From contig WJIQ01000236.1 of the NCBI GenBank assembly GCA_014730255.1, positions 1 through 58,719 of the forward strand: a DNA stretch of 58,719 nucleotides, in the 5' to 3' direction. This document shows, in pieces, positions 9,925 through 18,996 of this stretch (positions are counted from its first letter, which is position 1; each line of letters opens with the position of its first letter). Under the pieces are notes generated by a model. That model saw only the letters and a program-made list of their open reading frames with translations, did no database searches and was not told the DNA's origin. Origin of the DNA: a bacterium (lineage in GTDB: Bacteria > Krumholzibacteriota > Krumholzibacteriia > LZORAL124-64-63). A program made the position numbers and the translations under genes.

Positions 9925-10815
9925 TCAGGAGTCGGCGCGGGCGGTGTCGAGCCAGGCCCGGAACCGATCGAGGTCGCGCGTGTCGCCTGCAGCTCCGCGG
10001 GACGTGCCGGTCGACCGCTGGCCGGCTCCCGGGGGCGTCTCGGGACGGGCGGCCTCGCCATCGTCCGGCGCCGGGGTCCTCGCCTCGCCCCCGTCCTGCG
10101 CCTCGGCCGCGGCATCGGGCTCGTCGGCCGCCTCCGGCGTGGCGCCGTCGGGGGCCTCGATCCGGGCCATCAGCTCGAGGGCGTCCTCGCGGTCGGGGTC
10201 GGCGCCGAGAATGCGCTCGACGATGCGCCGGGCCTTGTCCACGTGCCCCTGACGCAGGTAGAGCTCGGCCAGGGTGGGCGTCTCGAAGGCACGGTAGTCC
10301 GCCGCCGCTCCGGCCTCGGCCTCCGGCGCCGCCGTCGCGGCGTCGTCGTCCGCCGATGTCGCCACGACCGTGGTCGCCGCGGTCGGCTCCCCTTCCAGGC
10401 GCGCCCGCGCTCCCTGCAGGGCCTCCGCCACGGAGGGGTCCTCCGGCTTGAGACGCAGCATCCGCGAGGCCAGATCCCGCACGCCTTCCCAGTCCCCGCG
10501 GTCGGCCGCCTCGTCGAGCAGGACCTCGAGGGCCAGGACGTTGTCCGGGTCGACGCCCAGGACCTGGTCCAGGGACGCGCGCGCGGCGTCGGTCTGGCCC
10601 AGCTGGACCTGGACGAGGCCCAGAGCCGCCCGCGCCGCCACGAACCGGGGATGGGCCTCGAGGCCGCGCTCGAGGAGATCGCGCGCGTGCTCCAGCTCGC
10701 CCGAACGCCGGTACAGGTCGGCCAGCGGCAGGAAGACGCGCGACTGCGGATCGAGACGCAGCCTGGACTCGAAGTGGGCGATCTGCTGGGCGATGTCGGG
10801 GAGGTCGTCGGTCAT
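9925..10815 (-). CDS. TPR repeat protein (296 aa)
   Basis: ORF 9925..10917 with the start moved to ATG 10813-10815 (GGAGA RBS). TPR-like helices LADLYRRSGELEHARDLLERGLEAHP and ALGLVQVQLGQTDAARASLDQVLGVDP. Low-complexity acidic/Ala tail. Confidence 0.6.
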   Translation of the reverse strand: MTDDLPDIAQQIAHFESRLRLDPQSRVFLPLADLYRRSGELEHARDLLERGLEAHPRFVAARAALGLVQVQLGQTDAARASLDQVLGVDPDNVLALEVLLDEAADRGDWEGVRDLASRMLRLKPEDPSVAEALQGARARLEGEPTAATTVVATSADDDAATAAPEAEAGAAADYRAFETPTLAELYLRQGHVDKARRIVERILGADPDREDALELMARIEAPDGATPEAADEPDAAAEAQDGGEARTPAPDDGEAARPETPPGAGQRSTGTSRGAAGDTRDLDRFRAWLDTARADS

Positions 10816-10913
10816 GGTGTCTCCGTCGGTCCACCGGATCTCTCGCGGCAGCGGGGCCGTGTGAAGGGACCGCAAGTCTAGCGTCAGCGAACGGCCAAGG
10901 CAAGCCCCTCGCG

Positions 10914-11591
10914 TCACGCGAGGCCGAGCCAGTCACCGAGCAGGAACTGCAAGCGACTGATGAGCAACGAGACACGCGACATGACCGCGTAGGCGAAGCT
11001 CGCCCCGAACGCCACCATGAGCAGCAGGAGCCCGGCCCGGGCGACGCCGCCCCGCGCGCGCCGGGCGGTGCGGGTGTAGGTGAAGTACGCCAGGCAGCAC
11101 GCCGTCCCGGCGACGATGACGCCCTGGTTGCCCGTCGCGATCCAGTCGATCGCCCCGGCGGGTGTGCGGATCACCAGCCCCGGGGCCACCGTCGCGTGGA
11201 TCTGCGCCAGGAAGTCCGAACGGACGGTGCGCACGAGGTTGTAGCCCAGGGTCGTACCCACCGCGAACGCGGTCGGCCAGCGGGCCAGCCAGGCCGCTCG
11301 CGGCCACAGCCGCAGCAGCATCAGCAGGCCGAGCGCCAGCGGGATGATCACCAGGGGATCCCGGTCGGGCAACGCGGCGGCCGGCTCGGTGACGCGGGCG
11401 GCCTCGGGCACCAGCTTGACCACCGCGTTGGGCCAGAGGGTCGACCAGAAGCCCAGGACCATCCAGTATCCGGCCGAGACGCCCACGAAGAGGTGCTCGG
11501 CGAACTTGTAGAACGGGTTGTCCCGCCACAGGAAGCTGAAGACCATGAGCGTCAACGCCGCCGCGATCCAGACCTCGAAGCTGGTGCTCAT
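10914..11591 (-). CDS. polytopic membrane protein, unknown family (225 aa)
   Basis: ORF 10914..11894 with the start moved to ATG 11589-11591, which overlaps the upstream stop (ATGA). Several hydrophobic helices, e.g. VWIAAALTLMVFSFLW and LVIIPLALGLLMLLRLW. No motif recognised. Confidence 0.6.
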   Translation of the reverse strand: MSTSFEVWIAAALTLMVFSFLWRDNPFYKFAEHLFVGVSAGYWMVLGFWSTLWPNAVVKLVPEAARVTEPAAALPDRDPLVIIPLALGLLMLLRLWPRAAWLARWPTAFAVGTTLGYNLVRTVRSDFLAQIHATVAPGLVIRTPAGAIDWIATGNQGVIVAGTACCLAYFTYTRTARRARGGVARAGLLLLMVAFGASFAYAVMSRVSLLISRLQFLLGDWLGLA

Positions 11592-12469
11592 GGCCGCTCC
11601 TCCGGCTGGCGGCGCCCGGGGCGGCGCAGGTACGCGACGTTGCCCAGCACCAGGAACAGCAGGATGACCACGTGGGCGACCGTCTGCGGACCCATCACCC
11701 GGCCCGCGCGGCGCGGGAATCCGGCCCCGGGGTGCCGATCGGCCAGGGCCGCCTCGTACTCGCTGGCCCCCTTCAGGCCCCCGAGGATGCCCTGGAGCTG
11801 CGACGGGAAGTAGGCCAGGTACTCGGGGGTCCCGATGCCGGTGCAACCGCCGACCACCGGCACGCCGCTGGGGTCGCCCCCGTAGAGGATCCACTCCTTG
11901 AGGCCGGGCGTGCCGCTGGAGAGCGAGACCACCAGGGGGAAATCGCCCAGGCGCCGGTAGCCGCGCAGACCGGGCAGGTCGCCCAGGCGCCGCCCCTCGG
12001 CGTCCCCGGCGAACATGGCCGCCATCTCCTGCCGCATGGCGTTGATGACCATGCGGCCCCCGGCCTTGTAGCCGAGCATGGTCCAGTCGCGGCCGGCGAC
12101 GAGCTCCGGGAAGTCCCGCTCGAGGACCTCGACCCGCAGCCGCTCGTACATCGCCGGGCCCTCGGGGAACAGCGTCACGAACACCGGATGGGCGCCGCGC
12201 AGCAGGACGTGCCGGGTGATGGCGAAGGCCATCGGTTCGATCTCCGGCGCCGAGACCGGGCTGTAGTCCAGCGAGACCAGCACCGACTGGCCGGGCTCGA
12301 GCCGCTCGATGCGCTCGAAGACCGGACGGACGAACACCGATGGTTGATCGGGGAACAGCGGGCGCAGCACGACGCTCACGCCGACGGCCACCAGGAGCAC
12401 GAGGTACAGCCAGCGGCGGTCGAGTCGTCCGAGGCGCTCGGCGAGGCCGGTCCGCGACGGATCGCTCAT
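11588..12469 (-). CDS. membrane-anchored protein, unknown family (293 aa)
   Basis: ORF 11588..12592 with the start moved to ATG 12467-12469 (ATGA overlap with the upstream stop). N-terminal TM WLYLVLLVAVGVSVVL and C-terminal TM VAHVVILLFLVLGNVAYL flank a soluble domain of about 230 aa. Confidence 0.6.
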   Translation of the reverse strand: MSDPSRTGLAERLGRLDRRWLYLVLLVAVGVSVVLRPLFPDQPSVFVRPVFERIERLEPGQSVLVSLDYSPVSAPEIEPMAFAITRHVLLRGAHPVFVTLFPEGPAMYERLRVEVLERDFPELVAGRDWTMLGYKAGGRMVINAMRQEMAAMFAGDAEGRRLGDLPGLRGYRRLGDFPLVVSLSSGTPGLKEWILYGGDPSGVPVVGGCTGIGTPEYLAYFPSQLQGILGGLKGASEYEAALADRHPGAGFPRRAGRVMGPQTVAHVVILLFLVLGNVAYLRRPGRRQPEERP

Positions 12470-13173
12470 GCGGGACCTCCCGAGCGCTGGTCGCGACCCG
12501 CCAGGAGCCGCACCGTCAGCGCGATCACGCCGACGGCGATCCCGATGAGCACCGCGCGCTGGCCGGCCACGTTGGGCACGGCGAGGATCCACATGCTCAG
12601 CGTGTCGATGCGCAGGAACGCCAGTCCCGGCGGCAGCAGGTTGCTCAGCCAGGTGCCCAGCGGCGTGCGTCCGAGCAGCACGACGAACGCCGCCACCAGG
12701 AGCACCGACGATTCCACCGACCGGAGCCGGAAGGCCCGGTAGGCGGCCGAGGCGACGAAGAACGCCAGCAGCGCGAAGAGGGTGGACATGAGCGGCTCGT
12801 ACAGCCCGTCGAACACGGTGGTCAGCCAGGCCTCCGGATGGGTCACCGAGCCCTCCAGGCCGGCCGGACCACCGAGCTTCGCCAGTCCGACCACCAGGAC
12901 GGCGACGAACGACACCAGCGTCACGAGCGAGAACGCCCAGTCGGTCTGGCGGCGCACGACCTTCAGCAGGTGGACCCTGAGCAGGTTGGCCCCGCCGAGG
13001 ATGAAGGCGAAGACGGCGAGGATGTTGAACCAGACCGAGAAGTTGCGATCGATGAAGTCGAAGACGGCCAGGGGTCCGCCGGTCGCCTCGGCCTCCGGGC
13101 GCACGACCAGGGCCGTGACGATGAGCACGACGCCGACGGCGGTGGTGATGACGCGCGGGATGAGTCGCTTCAA
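12466..13173 (-). CDS. polytopic membrane protein, unknown family (235 aa)
   Basis: ORF 12466..13215. I prefer TTG at 13171-13173, preceded by GGAGGTG, 13 nt after the upstream stop. ATG at 13215 is an alternative. About 6 hydrophobic helices, e.g. VITTAVGVVLIVTALVV and WFNILAVFAFILGGANLL. Confidence 0.55.
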   Translation of the reverse strand: MKRLIPRVITTAVGVVLIVTALVVRPEAEATGGPLAVFDFIDRNFSVWFNILAVFAFILGGANLLRVHLLKVVRRQTDWAFSLVTLVSFVAVLVVGLAKLGGPAGLEGSVTHPEAWLTTVFDGLYEPLMSTLFALLAFFVASAAYRAFRLRSVESSVLLVAAFVVLLGRTPLGTWLSNLLPPGLAFLRIDTLSMWILAVPNVAGQRAVLIGIAVGVIALTVRLLAGRDQRSGGPA

Positions 13174-13186
13174 GGCCGCACCTCCA

Positions 13187-13993
13187 TCATCCCTCCAGGA
13201 ACGCGAGCAGCGCATCGCGCACCCACGCGAGCTGCGCCCAGCCGGACACGTCGGCCACGGTGACCATCAGCGCCCCGATCAGCAGCACCCCGATGGTCAC
13301 GTCCTTGACCAGGTCCTGGCCGCGCAGGCTGCCGAGCCGATCGACGTCGCCGGTGAGGTACGCCTCGGCGGCGAAGAACTCCTCGCCGATGAGCACGTGG
13401 TCGCAGGCGGCGACCAGGAAGGGCAGCTGGTGGCTCATGGCCGTCCCGGCCACCTGCATCGCCCCCACCTGGGCCCCCGCCTCGGCCAGCAGGAGCGACT
13501 CGGCGTAGAACGCCCCCTGCAGGAAGATCGCGGCCGGGCGTCGCCGCGCGATCACCCCGTCGACCCGGGCGGCGAATCCGAACTGGTCGTCCGAGACGTA
13601 CGAGACCATGTCGGGCACGAAATCGTCGGAACGGCCGGCCGAGGCGTAGCTCTCGCGCAGCACCTCGCGGCCGGCGGTCAGGACCAGGCTGCGGTCGGTC
13701 GGCATGATCAGCTCGCAGCCGTGGCGCGCGGTCATCTCGCCGACCGCGCCGAGGATGCCGAGGCTGGCAACGGTCTGCACGTCGTCGAGGTCCTGGGTCC
13801 CGGCGACGTACATCACCGGACGCCCCATCTCGGTCGCTCGCCCGACGGCCTCGGACATCGCCTCGAGCCCGGCGATGCGCCGCCGTGGCGCCGGCCCGTG
13901 CCGCCGGGCCCGGCGCATCCCCCACAGCAGCGCGGCGGTCGCGAGCAGCAGCACGACGACGAGGTCCCAGTGGACACCCGCGAGCCAGGCCAT
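13187..13993 (-). CDS. bitopic membrane protein, unknown family (268 aa)
   Basis: This is the 3' part of ORF 13187..15157. ATG at 13991-13993 shares one nucleotide with the upstream TGA (GTGATGG) and has GGAGGTGA upstream. N-terminal TM DLVVVLLLATAALLWGM and C-terminal TM VTIGVLLIGALMVTVADV. Confidence 0.6.
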   Translation of the reverse strand: MAWLAGVHWDLVVVLLLATAALLWGMRRARRHGPAPRRRIAGLEAMSEAVGRATEMGRPVMYVAGTQDLDDVQTVASLGILGAVGEMTARHGCELIMPTDRSLVLTAGREVLRESYASAGRSDDFVPDMVSYVSDDQFGFAARVDGVIARRRPAAIFLQGAFYAESLLLAEAGAQVGAMQVAGTAMSHQLPFLVAACDHVLIGEEFFAAEAYLTGDVDRLGSLRGQDLVKDVTIGVLLIGALMVTVADVSGWAQLAWVRDALLAFLEG

Positions 13994-15132
13994 CACGTCA
14001 CCTCCGGGGTCTCGGGGCCAGCCAGCACCTCGAGGTTCGCACGCGGCACGACCGCCGTCACCCCCGCATCCAGATCGACGTGGGCGACCAGGCAGCGGGC
14101 GCCGCTCTCGACGCGGACCGGCTCGTCGGGCAGCGCGCCGACCCGGCCGCGATGGCCGAACCACGGCGCGCGGACCACCTGCACCGTGCAGCCCGGGCTC
14201 AACGCCGGCGGCCGCGTCGCCGCCGGCCGCGCGTCCGGGACCTCGTCCAGCGGGACGATCGCCTCCGGCCGCAGGGCGCCGGCCCGGACCCGCGTGTGGC
14301 CGCTCAGCCCCACCACCCGGCCGGCATGGCTCCGCAGCAGGTCGAACGTCTCCTCGGTCATGGGCACCCGCCCGAACCCCCCGACGATGACCAGGGTGAA
14401 CGGAGCAGCGAGCCCGGTGGTGTCGGCGAGGACCGTTTCCCGACCGAGCCACCGCGCGAGCGCGGCGTCGTGGACCCCGCCGGTGACGAGTCCGGCGACG
14501 CCCAGCTCGGTCGCGCGCGCGAGCGCCGCGGCGTCCACGACCGCCCCGCCGAGCAGGATCGTCCCGGCGTGACGTTCGTCCAGGGCCGCCGCCTCGAGCG
14601 TCGCGTCCGCCCGCCCGACCGCCGGCACCAGCTCGGCCGCGACCTCGCCGCCGACCCCGAAGACCCCGGCCACCCGGGCCGCCCAGCCCGCCACCGTCAC
14701 CCCGCGCTCGGGCTCGCACGCGGTCACGATCCCGGGCAGGAACGCGCGCACCTCGACCAGGTCGCCGGGCTCCTCCAGCAGGATCCGACCGGTGTGCGCC
14801 GAGACGGCCGCGATCGTCCCGGCCACCGGCGCCCGGCACTCGCTGGCCAGCAGTCCGAAGAACCCGCGCGACCGGGCCAGCGGCTCGCCGGCGGCGACCT
14901 CGTCGCCCACCGCCCGGAGCATCGACCGGGGCAGCTCCGCCCCGGGGATGTCCAGCTGCACCGCCGCGTTCACCGTGTGCATCGCGCCACGGGTGCGCGC
15001 GCTGGCCACCACGGTGTCGCGGTCGACGCGGTCTCCCACCTCGAGCAGCACCCGCCCGCGGATCGGCAGCTCGCGCCGCCGTTCCAGGACGGCCCGTGGC
15101 TCGACGAACGGTCCCTGCCGGCCGGCGCTCAT
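13993..15132 (-). CDS. barrel-sandwich-hybrid-like plus KOW-like domain protein (379 aa)
   Basis: This is the 3' part of ORF 13993..15990. ATG at 15130-15132 overlaps the upstream stop (ATGA). N-terminal segments LLEVGDRVDRDTVVASA and VGDEVAAGEPLA...VAGTIAAV resemble lipoyl/biotinyl-type hybrid barrels. C-terminal GCTVQVVRAPWFGHRGRVGAL resembles a KOW motif. Confidence 0.6.
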   Translation of the reverse strand: MSAGRQGPFVEPRAVLERRRELPIRGRVLLEVGDRVDRDTVVASARTRGAMHTVNAAVQLDIPGAELPRSMLRAVGDEVAAGEPLARSRGFFGLLASECRAPVAGTIAAVSAHTGRILLEEPGDLVEVRAFLPGIVTACEPERGVTVAGWAARVAGVFGVGGEVAAELVPAVGRADATLEAAALDERHAGTILLGGAVVDAAALARATELGVAGLVTGGVHDAALARWLGRETVLADTTGLAAPFTLVIVGGFGRVPMTEETFDLLRSHAGRVVGLSGHTRVRAGALRPEAIVPLDEVPDARPAATRPPALSPGCTVQVVRAPWFGHRGRVGALPDEPVRVESGARCLVAHVDLDAGVTAVVPRANLEVLAGPETPEVT

Positions 15133-17285
15133 GCCAGATCCCGTCCCGGCAGCGCATCGAGCGTGGTCAGCCACTGATGGACCAGCTCGCGCCGGGCCAG
15201 CTCCGCGGCGGGCCACGGCAGGCGGGGTCCACGGCCATCGAGGATCACGCCGGCCGGACCGCCGGCGACCACCGTGCGCACGGCCCGGTCCGGACCGGCT
15301 CCGAAATCCCAGCCCGGCGCCGGCACGATCTCGAGGTCCGCCTCCCCGTCGGGCAGCGGCAGGCTGGTCAGCTCGCCTCCGGTCAGGGCCACCTCGCGAT
15401 CCGAGCGTGGGGCCGCGCCCCCATGCAGTCGGATCGTGGCCAGGGGATCGCCCGGCCCGGGCTCGCGCCCGGCGACCGGGCCGACGACGGTGCCGAGGAC
15501 GACCACCGCATCGCTGGCCAGGACCTGCGCGGCGGCCTCCGTGTCCAGCCGTCCGAGCGCGCCGAGGTGCGGCATGATGAAGACCGAGTCGACGGCCAGG
15601 CGGGTGACGCCCTGGGGCCGGCAGGCATCGATGAGGATCGCCGCGGCCTGGCGACGGCGCGGCGCGTGCGCCAGCGGTCCTCCGGAGCCGAGGATCAGAT
15701 CGACCGCGGCCCAGTCGATCCCCGTCTCGGGCACCTCGGTGACCCTCAGCGCCTCGATGCCCCGTGGGCCGTCGCCACGACCATGCAGCGGCTGCAGCGC
15801 CTCGGCGTGATCGACGATCGCCAGCCGGACGGCCTCGCGCGCGGCGGCCTGCTCGAGCAGCAGATCCTCCGGGGTCTGCGGCAAGGTCGTCGGCCGGATC
15901 ATCTTGTTGCGGACGCGGTCTCGCAGCTCGTCCTCGGTCACGGCCATGGGCAGCCACCGGCCCACCCGCACCCAGCCCGCGCGCTCGCACACGGCGCCGA
16001 GGCTGAAGCTGAGCCCGAGGTTCGCCGACACGCTCCGGTAGACCTCACCGCCACGGACGCTGAACACGTCGCAGGTCGCGCCGCCGAGGTCGATGGCGAC
16101 CGCCTCGCCGTGCTCGGCCGCGAGGAGCTCGAGCGCCTCGCCGAAGCCGACGGGCGTCGGCAGGACGCGCGACCGGCAGAGTTCCTGCAACCGGGGGTAC
16201 CCCGGGGCGCGCACCATCACGTGACGCAGGAAGACGTCGTGCAGCACGCGGCGCACCGGCCCGAGGTTCTCGGTCTCGAGATCGGGTCGGAGATTCGGCG
16301 CCACGACCGCCTCGGCGACGGGATCGAGGACCTCCAGCACCGCCTCGGCGGCATCGGCGTTGCCGGCGTAGACCACCGGCAACCGCCCGCGACCCCAGCG
16401 CGGGTTCAGCTCGGCCGCGGCGAGCTGCTCGGCCAGGGCGACCACCTGATCGATGGCCCCGCCGTCGGTGCCGCCGGCGAGCAGGACCATGTCGGGCCGG
16501 CTCTCGCGCAGGCGCTCGATGCGCTCGGTGGGGGTGCCGGCGTCGTTCCAGGCCACCACGTCGGCCAGGATCGCCCCGGCGCCGAGCGCGGCCCGCTCGG
16601 CACTCGCGGCGGTCATGGTCCGCACGAGGCCCAGCACGACCATCTGCAGCCCGCCACCGGCGCTGCTGGTGGCCAGGAGATGGCCGACCCCACGGTCGGG
16701 GCCCGTCGCGCGCTCGATGCGACCGTCGTGGTCGAGGATCGCGTGGCCGGTCTGCTCCTGCAAGAGACGCAGGGCCGTGTCGACGCCGACCATCACGTCC
16801 TCGGTCGGCGCCTCGACCGTCGTGGGGGCCTCCGCCCGTCCCCCGAGCCGGTAGCGGCCGTCGCAGTGCTTGATGAGCACGGCCTTGGTGGTGGTCGAGC
16901 CGCAGTCGATCACCACGTACGCCGCGTCGGGAACCGTCTCGGTCGGCTCCGGCTGGGCCAGCGCGACCGGCCGCCCCTCGAGATGCGCGAGCAGGCGCTC
17001 GACCGATCCCCGGACCTCGAAGATCTGCGCCAGCCGGTCCCAGTCGCCGCCCTCGCTGGCCAGATGGACCAGCGGCGACAGGACGCGCATGGCCTGGCCG
17101 CCGAGGAAGGCGGCCGGACGCAGGCACTCGAGGGTGACGATCGCGGGCGCGGTCAAGCCGCGCCGCTGCAGCCCACTGGCCAGCCGGGCGAGCAGTGCGT
17201 CGTCCGCGGCGGAGAGGCCGGCGGGAAGGCACGCTTCGCGCGGCGCTCGGCCGTCGTCCGGAGAGCTGCGCGGATCCGGCGGCAT
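15129..17285 (-). CDS. GlmL/MutL-family ASKHA (actin/Hsp70-fold) ATPase-like protein with terminal extensions (718 aa)
   Basis: This is the 3' part of ORF 15129..18602. ATG at 17283-17285 lies 2 nt after the acyl-CoA dehydrogenase stop. Motifs VVIDCGSTTTKAVL, ATSSAGGGLQMVV, LLAGGTDGG and AIDLGGATCDVFS match the duplicated phosphate/adenosine motifs of the glutamate mutase accessory protein GlmL (MutL). Confidence 0.7.
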   Translation of the reverse strand: MPPDPRSSPDDGRAPREACLPAGLSAADDALLARLASGLQRRGLTAPAIVTLECLRPAAFLGGQAMRVLSPLVHLASEGGDWDRLAQIFEVRGSVERLLAHLEGRPVALAQPEPTETVPDAAYVVIDCGSTTTKAVLIKHCDGRYRLGGRAEAPTTVEAPTEDVMVGVDTALRLLQEQTGHAILDHDGRIERATGPDRGVGHLLATSSAGGGLQMVVLGLVRTMTAASAERAALGAGAILADVVAWNDAGTPTERIERLRESRPDMVLLAGGTDGGAIDQVVALAEQLAAAELNPRWGRGRLPVVYAGNADAAEAVLEVLDPVAEAVVAPNLRPDLETENLGPVRRVLHDVFLRHVMVRAPGYPRLQELCRSRVLPTPVGFGEALELLAAEHGEAVAIDLGGATCDVFSVRGGEVYRSVSANLGLSFSLGAVCERAGWVRVGRWLPMAVTEDELRDRVRNKMIRPTTLPQTPEDLLLEQAAAREAVRLAIVDHAEALQPLHGRGDGPRGIEALRVTEVPETGIDWAAVDLILGSGGPLAHAPRRRQAAAILIDACRPQGVTRLAVDSVFIMPHLGALGRLDTEAAAQVLASDAVVVLGTVVGPVAGREPGPGDPLATIRLHGGAAPRSDREVALTGGELTSLPLPDGEADLEIVPAPGWDFGAGPDRAVRTVVAGGPAGVILDGRGPRLPWPAAELARRELVHQWLTTLDALPGRDLA

Positions 17286-17287
17286 GG

Positions 17288-18943
17288 TCAGTCGCGCTGC
17301 TTGAGGATGTCGCCCACCGCGGCGAGATCGCTCCACAGGCCGGTCAGCGCGGCGGGATCGAGCCGCTCGGCCAGCGCCTGGGCCAGCTCGCAGCCTCGCG
17401 TCGCCGCGTCGGTGTCCCCGGCCTCGGCGAAACCGCCGGTGACCATGTGGGCCGCGTCGAGCACCGCCTGCATCGCCTGGCGCGCGAACGCCCGGCCCAT
17501 CGCCGCGTAGAGATCCGCATCGGGAGCCGACTCGCCGCGCAAGCGGGCCGCCTTGCGGGACAGGGATGACGCGACCTCGCAGCGGCACATCACGTCCGCG
17601 AGCAGGAACTGGGCGATCTGGTGGCGCACGGTCTTGCTCCGGTGCGCGTCCAGCACGACGTCGGCGAGGCCACGGAGAGCAGCGGCCACGACGTCGCAGC
17701 CGCAGTCGCCGGCCTCGGCGTGCATCGCGTCGCAATCGGCGGCCATCTCCTCGTAGAATGCACCCCTGGTCGAGACGGTCTTCTTCCAGCGGAAGACGCC
17801 GATGATGCTCTGCTGGATCTCGCTGGTTCCCTCGTAGATGGAGGTGATGCGCACGTCGCGCCGGATCTTCTCGACCATGTACTCGCGGCTGTAGCCGTAT
17901 CCGCCGAGCGCCTGCACGGCGGCGTCGGCCGCGCGGTTGCCGGCCTCGGTGCACCAGAGTTTGGCCACCGAGCCCTCGACCTGCAGGCCCTGCTCGCCCT
18001 CGTCGATGCGCAGGGCGATGTCCTCGGCGTAGGCTCGGCCCGCGGCCAGATCGATCCAGTGCGGGACGATCAGCTTGAGCAGGAAGCCCTCCTTCTCCAC
18101 GAGGGGCGCGCCGAACTGGATGCGCTCCTTGCCGTAGGTCAGGGCGCGGTCGATGGCCGACTGGCCGCAGCCGAGGCCGAAGGCGCCCACCATCAGGCGG
18201 GTGTAGCCGAAGACCGCGTTGGCCTGCTTGAGCCCCTCGCCCTCGACTCCGCCGACGAGGTTGGCCACCGGAACCTCGGCGTCCTCGAGGATGACCGAGG
18301 CCGTGTTGGAGGCGCGGATGCCGTGCTTCTCCTCCTTCTTGCCCACCGTCAGGCCCTCGATCCCCTTCTCGACGATGAAGAACGAGGGGCCGCCGGGCGT
18401 CTTGGCGAGGATCGTGTAGAGATCGGCCACCCCGCCGTTGGTGATCCACTGCTTGGCGCCGTTCAGACGGTAGGCGGTCACCTCGCCGCCCGTGTCGGTG
18501 ATCGGCTCGGCCGTGGTCTTGAGCGCGGCCACGTTGCTGCCCGCCTCCGGCTCGGTGACCCCATAGGCGACGATCAGGCCGCCGGCGATGCGGGTCAACC
18601 ACTCCTGCTTCTGCTCGTCGGTGCCGCCGACCACGATCGGGTCGGTCCCGAGGCAGATGGCCAGGAAGGCCGTGGCCACACCCAGATCGACCGCGGCCAT
18701 CTCCTCGCTCACGCGGCAGATGTCGCGCGCGCCGCCCCCCAGTCCGCCCGCGCTCTCGGGCAAGAAGATCAGGTGCAGGCCGACGTCGGGCGACAGCAGC
18801 TTCTCGATGAGGTCGTGGGGGAAGACGTCCTGCTGATCGAGCTCGAGCACGCGCTCGTCCGGCAGTTCGCGCTGGGACACCTGCTTGAGGGTCTGGACGA
18901 CCATGTCGGTCATCTCGGGAGCCAGTCCGGCGGGTCGGGTCAT
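17288..18943 (-). CDS. acyl-CoA dehydrogenase family protein with extra C-terminal domain (551 aa)
   Basis: This is the 3' part of ORF 17288..20038. ATG at 18941-18943 with a GGAGGA RBS. ACAD-type segments include [32 protein letters not shown] and [33 protein letters not shown], followed by a helical extension of about 170 aa. Confidence 0.8.
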   Translation of the reverse strand: MTRPAGLAPEMTDMVVQTLKQVSQRELPDERVLELDQQDVFPHDLIEKLLSPDVGLHLIFLPESAGGLGGGARDICRVSEEMAAVDLGVATAFLAICLGTDPIVVGGTDEQKQEWLTRIAGGLIVAYGVTEPEAGSNVAALKTTAEPITDTGGEVTAYRLNGAKQWITNGGVADLYTILAKTPGGPSFFIVEKGIEGLTVGKKEEKHGIRASNTASVILEDAEVPVANLVGGVEGEGLKQANAVFGYTRLMVGAFGLGCGQSAIDRALTYGKERIQFGAPLVEKEGFLLKLIVPHWIDLAAGRAYAEDIALRIDEGEQGLQVEGSVAKLWCTEAGNRAADAAVQALGGYGYSREYMVEKIRRDVRITSIYEGTSEIQQSIIGVFRWKKTVSTRGAFYEEMAADCDAMHAEAGDCGCDVVAAALRGLADVVLDAHRSKTVRHQIAQFLLADVMCRCEVASSLSRKAARLRGESAPDADLYAAMGRAFARQAMQAVLDAAHMVTGGFAEAGDTDAATRGCELAQALAERLDPAALTGLWSDLAAVGDILKQRD

Positions 18944-18996
18944 GGAAGGTCCTCCGTGAAACGATGGCGGCGTGGTTCGGGCCTCGAGGTCTCGGG

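Noticed and set aside
13994-15990. Long 5' extensions of ORFs 13187..15157 and 13993..15990
   Set aside because: The extensions are Arg/Gly/Pro-rich and mutually overlapping. Each real gene begins at a start codon coupled to the upstream stop and preceded by an RBS.
17286-18602. 5' 439 codons of the 1157-aa minus-strand ORF 15129..18602
   Set aside because: This part overlaps the acyl-CoA dehydrogenase gene in another frame and translates to Arg/Gly/Pro-rich junk. A clean ATG sits 2 nt after the dehydrogenase stop, so the gene was shortened to 15129..17285.
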